The notes beneath the pieces were generated by a model. That model saw nothing but the letters and a program-made list of their open reading frames with translations. It did not search any database and was not told where the DNA came from. From Octopus bimaculoides (lineage: Eukaryota), in contig NC_068982.1 in assembly GCF_001194135.2 (NCBI RefSeq), forward strand, positions 92,273,767-92,328,034: a stretch of 54,268 nt of DNA. Reading direction: 5' to 3'. Within the stretch, counting starts at the first letter, position 1, and each line of letters starts with the position of its first letter. Below, piece by piece: positions 49,916-54,268 of this stretch. A program made the translations under genes and the position numbers.

Positions 49916-50479
49916 ATGTGTGTATGTGTGTGTGAGTGTGTGTGTGCATGAGTGAGCGAGAAAGAGAGAGAGAAAAAGACTTCTGTTAGTTCATAACTTT
50001 CCTGATTTAGCAGCACCAATTCTACATCCAGTTACACCAAGACACTAGTATATTTAATGTCGCTAACAAATAGTAGACAGGGAGAAAGAGAAAGTGAGGT
50101 GTGTGTGTCTGTTTGTATTAGCGGTCATTGACTCTCCTGAGTTCATTTGCCCTTCAACAGGTTCTGTTTATCAACCATCCTGCAGTAAGACTAAAAATCA
50201 CCTACTTCACCAAGCAGGCAACCATCCAAGAACATGTATGGGCTTCCTGATAGACTTTCATATAGTTTCAGTTTAACAGACAAATAAGCACACATACATA
50301 CATAGTTCAGATATTTTGTTCCAAAACAAATCTTCTGATAATGCAAATTCTTAATTTCAATCTAAGTATTGTTGCACTAAAGTAAGATGGAGATAGATAG
50401 AGTGGGTAAAATAGAGAAAATGTAAGAGAGAAAGGGTGTAAAAGAAGCACAACAGGGGCTCTGACCCATGGTCCCAAAT

Positions 50480-50660
50480 TTTCAGCCCTCTCCCCACAGC
50501 TTTTTTGCCTCTTCAACACCTCTTTCCTTCAAGGACTCCATCAGGATTCCTCTTCATCCTAGTTTATTACTCCCTTCATGTTGCTCCTTTTAATGTTGTA
50601 TAGATCTAGATTCACCACTCCTTATACAACCAACCCTATCATCTTTCAACTCTATTCCCC
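50480..50660 (-). mobile_element. Possible degenerate LINE ORF1 (I/Nimb-like gag) fragment
   Basis: With one frameshift reads NMKGVIN*DEEE/ILMESLKERGVEEAKKL, resembling the pre-C2HC region of LINE ORF1. Confidence 0.3.
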
Positions 50661-51104
50661 ATCATTTTTCCCAATAACTCCTGTCAATATCCTTTTACTC
50701 ACTCCTATTCCCTGCTGTACTCTCTTCTTTCTTATCATACCTCTTCCTTCTGCCTAGAATCATCACCCACTCTTCTAATGTCCCTCAGTTGCAAATAGTG
50801 TCCACTTTTGGCCCTTAGCCTTGCAAATTACAAGATAATTTTCACTAGTGATGGTACCTTGGAAAAAGAAAAAAGCACCCTTAACACTCTATAAAGGAGC
50901 TGATGTTAGGAAGGGTATCCAGCTACAGAATCCATACCAAAGTTGTCATTGGAACATGATACAATCCACTGAATCATTGGATCTTGTCAAATCAGGCAAC
51001 CTATGCTACCATGCAAGCTACCATTAAATGATGATGATATGCAGGTGTGTGTGTGTGTGTGTGTGTGTGCACATGTGCAAGTTTATGCCTCCTTGCCTTG
51101 ACAT

Positions 51105-51938
51105 TGTATAGTGAAAGGAAGACTGGAAGTGACAAGAGATGAGCTACTGATGGATAACAGCGCAGTTTTTCACTCAGAGCAGCTGACATAGATGCTTGGA
51201 AGATAGAGCACAAGACACTTTTCCAGAGTTGCATACAAGCCAGGTAGAAACAGGATTATGGAACGGCACCACCGTACAATTAAAGCCATGGCTGAGAGGA
51301 GACGAATCTCCCCTATGGAGGCAGTCTTCTAGTATAATATGTCACCCAAGGTAAGGCTAGCTGAAGAGCTGGTTCCGCACAGGGCCATATTCCGATACAA
51401 ACGGAGACATCCAAGCATGGAAGGGATTACATCTGTACAGGTTGGAGATGAAGTGTGGGTGAAGCCCCTGAACACTCAGTGCACAATGCAGTTGAAAAAA
51501 AAGGAAGGGTGACTGCAATCAGTACTCTGAATAACGCATCAGTGAATGGAATACCATGTCATGTCCTAGATATTAGAAAGGTGATTAGCTCTTCCGATGA
51601 TGAAGGGGAGGTGGAAGGTGGCCCCGAGACCCTATGTTGTCCCCCCAGGTGGATGGATGGACGATTATGAGAGAGAACAGGGGAACAGTGATCTTTAGAT
51701 CAGGGGGCGTTTGGTAGAAGGAAGACTGGAAGTGATGAGAGATGACATCATGTCAATGAATGAGAAGAAATAGCTTTTCCTTGCATGTGGTTTTTCCTGG
51801 GGACATGAGCAGTAACGGACACCAGTTATGGAGATAGAGAGGTTGTGACAACACGGGTGAAGAATTGATCAATCTACTGGTGGTACCTGATTGCAAGTCA
51901 AAGTAAGAACAATTTTATTTATGTGCCTTCAAACCACA
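51105..51938 (+). mobile_element. Ty3/Gypsy LTR-retrotransposon relic (integrase core + PPT + probable 3' LTR)
   Basis: ELLMDN...RNRIMERHHRTIK with 35 residues between D and E, then QVGDEVWVKP. Purine tract near 51700. GGAAGACTGGAAGTGA recurs at about 51117 and 51720. Confidence 0.7.
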
Positions 51939-51994
51939 CATTGTGCAACTGCTGTTGTATATGTGTAAATACGTATGCATGAAGGGCTGTGAAT

Positions 51995-52160
51995 AGGCAC
52001 AGGCATAGCTGTGTGGTAAGAAGTTTGATACTCAACAATATAGTTCTAGGTTCAAACCACTGTGTGGCACCTCGGGCAAGTGTCTTTAACTACAGCTTCA
52101 GGTTATCCAAAGCCTTGTGAGTGGATTTGGTAGACAGAAAGTGAAAGAAGGCTGTCGTCT
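51995..52160 (+). mobile_element. tRNA-derived SINE fragment (CORE-like)
   Basis: GGCACAGGCATAGCTGTGTGGTAAG head and GGCACCTCGGGCAAGTGTC. Confidence 0.6.
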
Positions 52161-53068
52161 ATATATATAAAAATGAGAATGTGTGTCTGTCTGTCTGTGT
52201 GAATCCCTAAAACTCGAGAACTATGCAACCAATTTCATTCAAATTTTACAGATGCCTTACTTGAAACACACTACTCCTTTTTATCACCTGAGCAGATTGA
52301 AGTAACATGAAATGAAGTGTCTTGCTCAAGGACATAATGCATCACCAGGAATTGAACTCACAACCTTATGGCATATATTCCATATATCTATATATGTGGT
52401 TGAGAAGCTTACTTCTCAACTATGCAGTCCTGAGTTCAGTCCTACAGTACGGAACCTTGTGCAATTGTCTTCTACTATAGCCTCAGGCCAAACAAAGCCT
52501 TGTGAGTGGATTTGGTAGACGGAAACTGAAAGAAGCCTCTTGCATATCTCTCTCTCTCTCAATCTGAGGTACCATGTTACACTTCTAATGCAAGACACCC
52601 ATTTTCACTCCCAATACTTCTCCCCACTAGTTGAGGGGTCTTGTCCTGCAAGTTACTTAGTGACCTCACTGCTACTGGTACCACATAAAAAGCACCAAAT
52701 ACACTCTGTAAAGTGGTTGGTATTAGGAAGGGCATCCACCTGTAGAAATCATGTTAAAGCAGACAGCAGAACTTGGTTACGTCTTCTGACTAGCCAGTTC
52801 CTGTCAACCCACCCAACCCATGCCACCATGGAAAACCGATGTTAAATGATGATGATGGTTGTACGTGTCTTGTCAAGATATCATCTGGCTGTAAATGAGC
52901 ATCATCCACATACAAGTCAGGTTGTTCAATTCCAGTCTTCTGTGAAAAAGATATAACTTTGATTGGAGGGTTGGTGAAAGAAAGGTCATCAGACTGTAGA
53001 AAATCTGCCTCAACAAATTCTATCTGGCCCATACAAGAATGGATAAGTGGACAATAAATGATGATATT

Positions 53069-53103
<35 letters not shown>

Positions 53104-53165
53104 TCAAGCTGAAGATATCCAAATTATATGAAGGCTACATTGTTGTTAGGAACCCCAAGTTAACT

Positions 53166-54185
53166 CACCAAAGTCCCGGTCACTAGTCATTGCCTCGGAG
53201 AGGCCTAAAGTTCGAAGGTCGTGCTTCACCACCTCATCCCAGGTCTTCCTGGGTCTACCTCTTCCACAGGTTCCTTCAACCGCTAGGGTGTGGCACTTTT
53301 TCACACAGCTATCCTCATCCATTCTTGCTACATGACCATACCAGTGCAGTCGTCTCTCTTGCACACCACAACTGATGCTTCGTAAGTTCAACTTTTCTCT
53401 CAAGGTACTGATACTCTGTCTAGTTTGCACACTGACATTACACATCCATCGGAGCATACTGGCTTCATTCCTTACGAGCCTACGCATGTCCTCAGCAGTC
53501 ACAGCCCATGTTTCACTGCCATGTAGCATGGCNNNNNNNNNNNNNNNNNNNNNNNNNNNNNNNNNNNNNNNNNNNNNNNNNNNNNNNNNNNNNNNNNNNN
53601 NNNNNNNNNNNNNNNNNNNNNNNNNNNNNNNNNNNNNNNNNNNNNNNNNNNNNNNNNNNNNNNNNNNNNNNNNNNNNNNNNNNNNNNNNNNNNNNNNNNN
53701 NNNNNNNNNNNNNNNNNNNNNNNNNNNNNNNNNNNNNNNNNNNNNNNNNNNNNNNNNNNNNNNNNNNNNNNNNNNNNNNNNNNNNNNNNNNNNNNNNTGT
53801 GGCAAAGGTTGTTTTCTGCACATTTTCAGTGTTTATTACTCCTGAGCATCTGCCACATACAAAAACTATCTTGCTAGTTAGCCTTCCTTTGATATTGCTG
53901 CACCTCTTATGTGTCCATAGCTTACACTAGGTACATCTTATAGAGTTTCTACCTATGCCTTTTCTGCAGATCGAGCAGGGCCATCTACCCAAAGGGGTTT
54001 GTGTTTTGTCTACCTTCCTATTTATTAGGACTTTGGTTTTGGCTAGGTTGACTCTAAGGCCCTTCGATTCTAGTCCTTGCTTCCACACCTGAAACTTCTC
54101 TTCTAGTTCTGATAGTGACTCAGCAATTAGGTCAAGGTCCTCAGCATAGAGGAGCTCCAAGGGGCATCCCATCTTGAATTCCTGT
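53166..54185 (-). mobile_element. RTE-clade LINE fragment (RT with embedded C4HC3 finger), decayed, gap-interrupted
   Basis: GCPLELLYAEDL (YADD variant), GLRVNLAKTKVL, WYGHVARM, RGRPRKTW. Confidence 0.9.
53533..53797. other. Assembly gap inside the RTE copy
   Basis: Run of N. Confidence 0.99.
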
Positions 54186-54187
54186 GT

Positions 54188-54225
<38 letters not shown>

Positions 54226-54268
54226 TATACATACATACATATATATGTATATGTGTATATATATGTAT

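Overview
Eukaryotic, AT-rich, repeat-dense animal DNA with four N-gaps. The SINE and RTE repeats look like those of Octopus/coleoid cephalopods (inference). Two spliced protein-coding genes can be rebuilt by hand, both on the minus strand. SET/TAF-I beta (histone chaperone, NAP family) has 8 coding exons over 15067..10478 and encodes 278 aa. An RPUSD1-like RluA-family pseudouridine synthase has 4 coding exons over 44190..33771 and encodes 282 aa. Just upstream of SET is a probable unannotated multi-exon transcript carrying only short ORFs. The rest is transposon-derived: a full-length decayed Tc1 with DD36E spacing, a deleted DD37D mariner, RTE LINE fragments with a PHD-type finger inside the RT domain, a Dong/R4-type fragment within a (TAA)n tract, a Gypsy integrase relic, two MITE-like foldbacks and several tRNA-derived SINE families. 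The most unusual item is a back-to-back pair of tRNA-headed SINE-like elements at 31251..31888, each carrying a minimal Penelope-type hammerhead ribozyme motif; both copies here are mutated. No CRISPR, rRNA or true tRNA genes were found. Repeat boundaries are approximate unless TIR/TSD positions are given.
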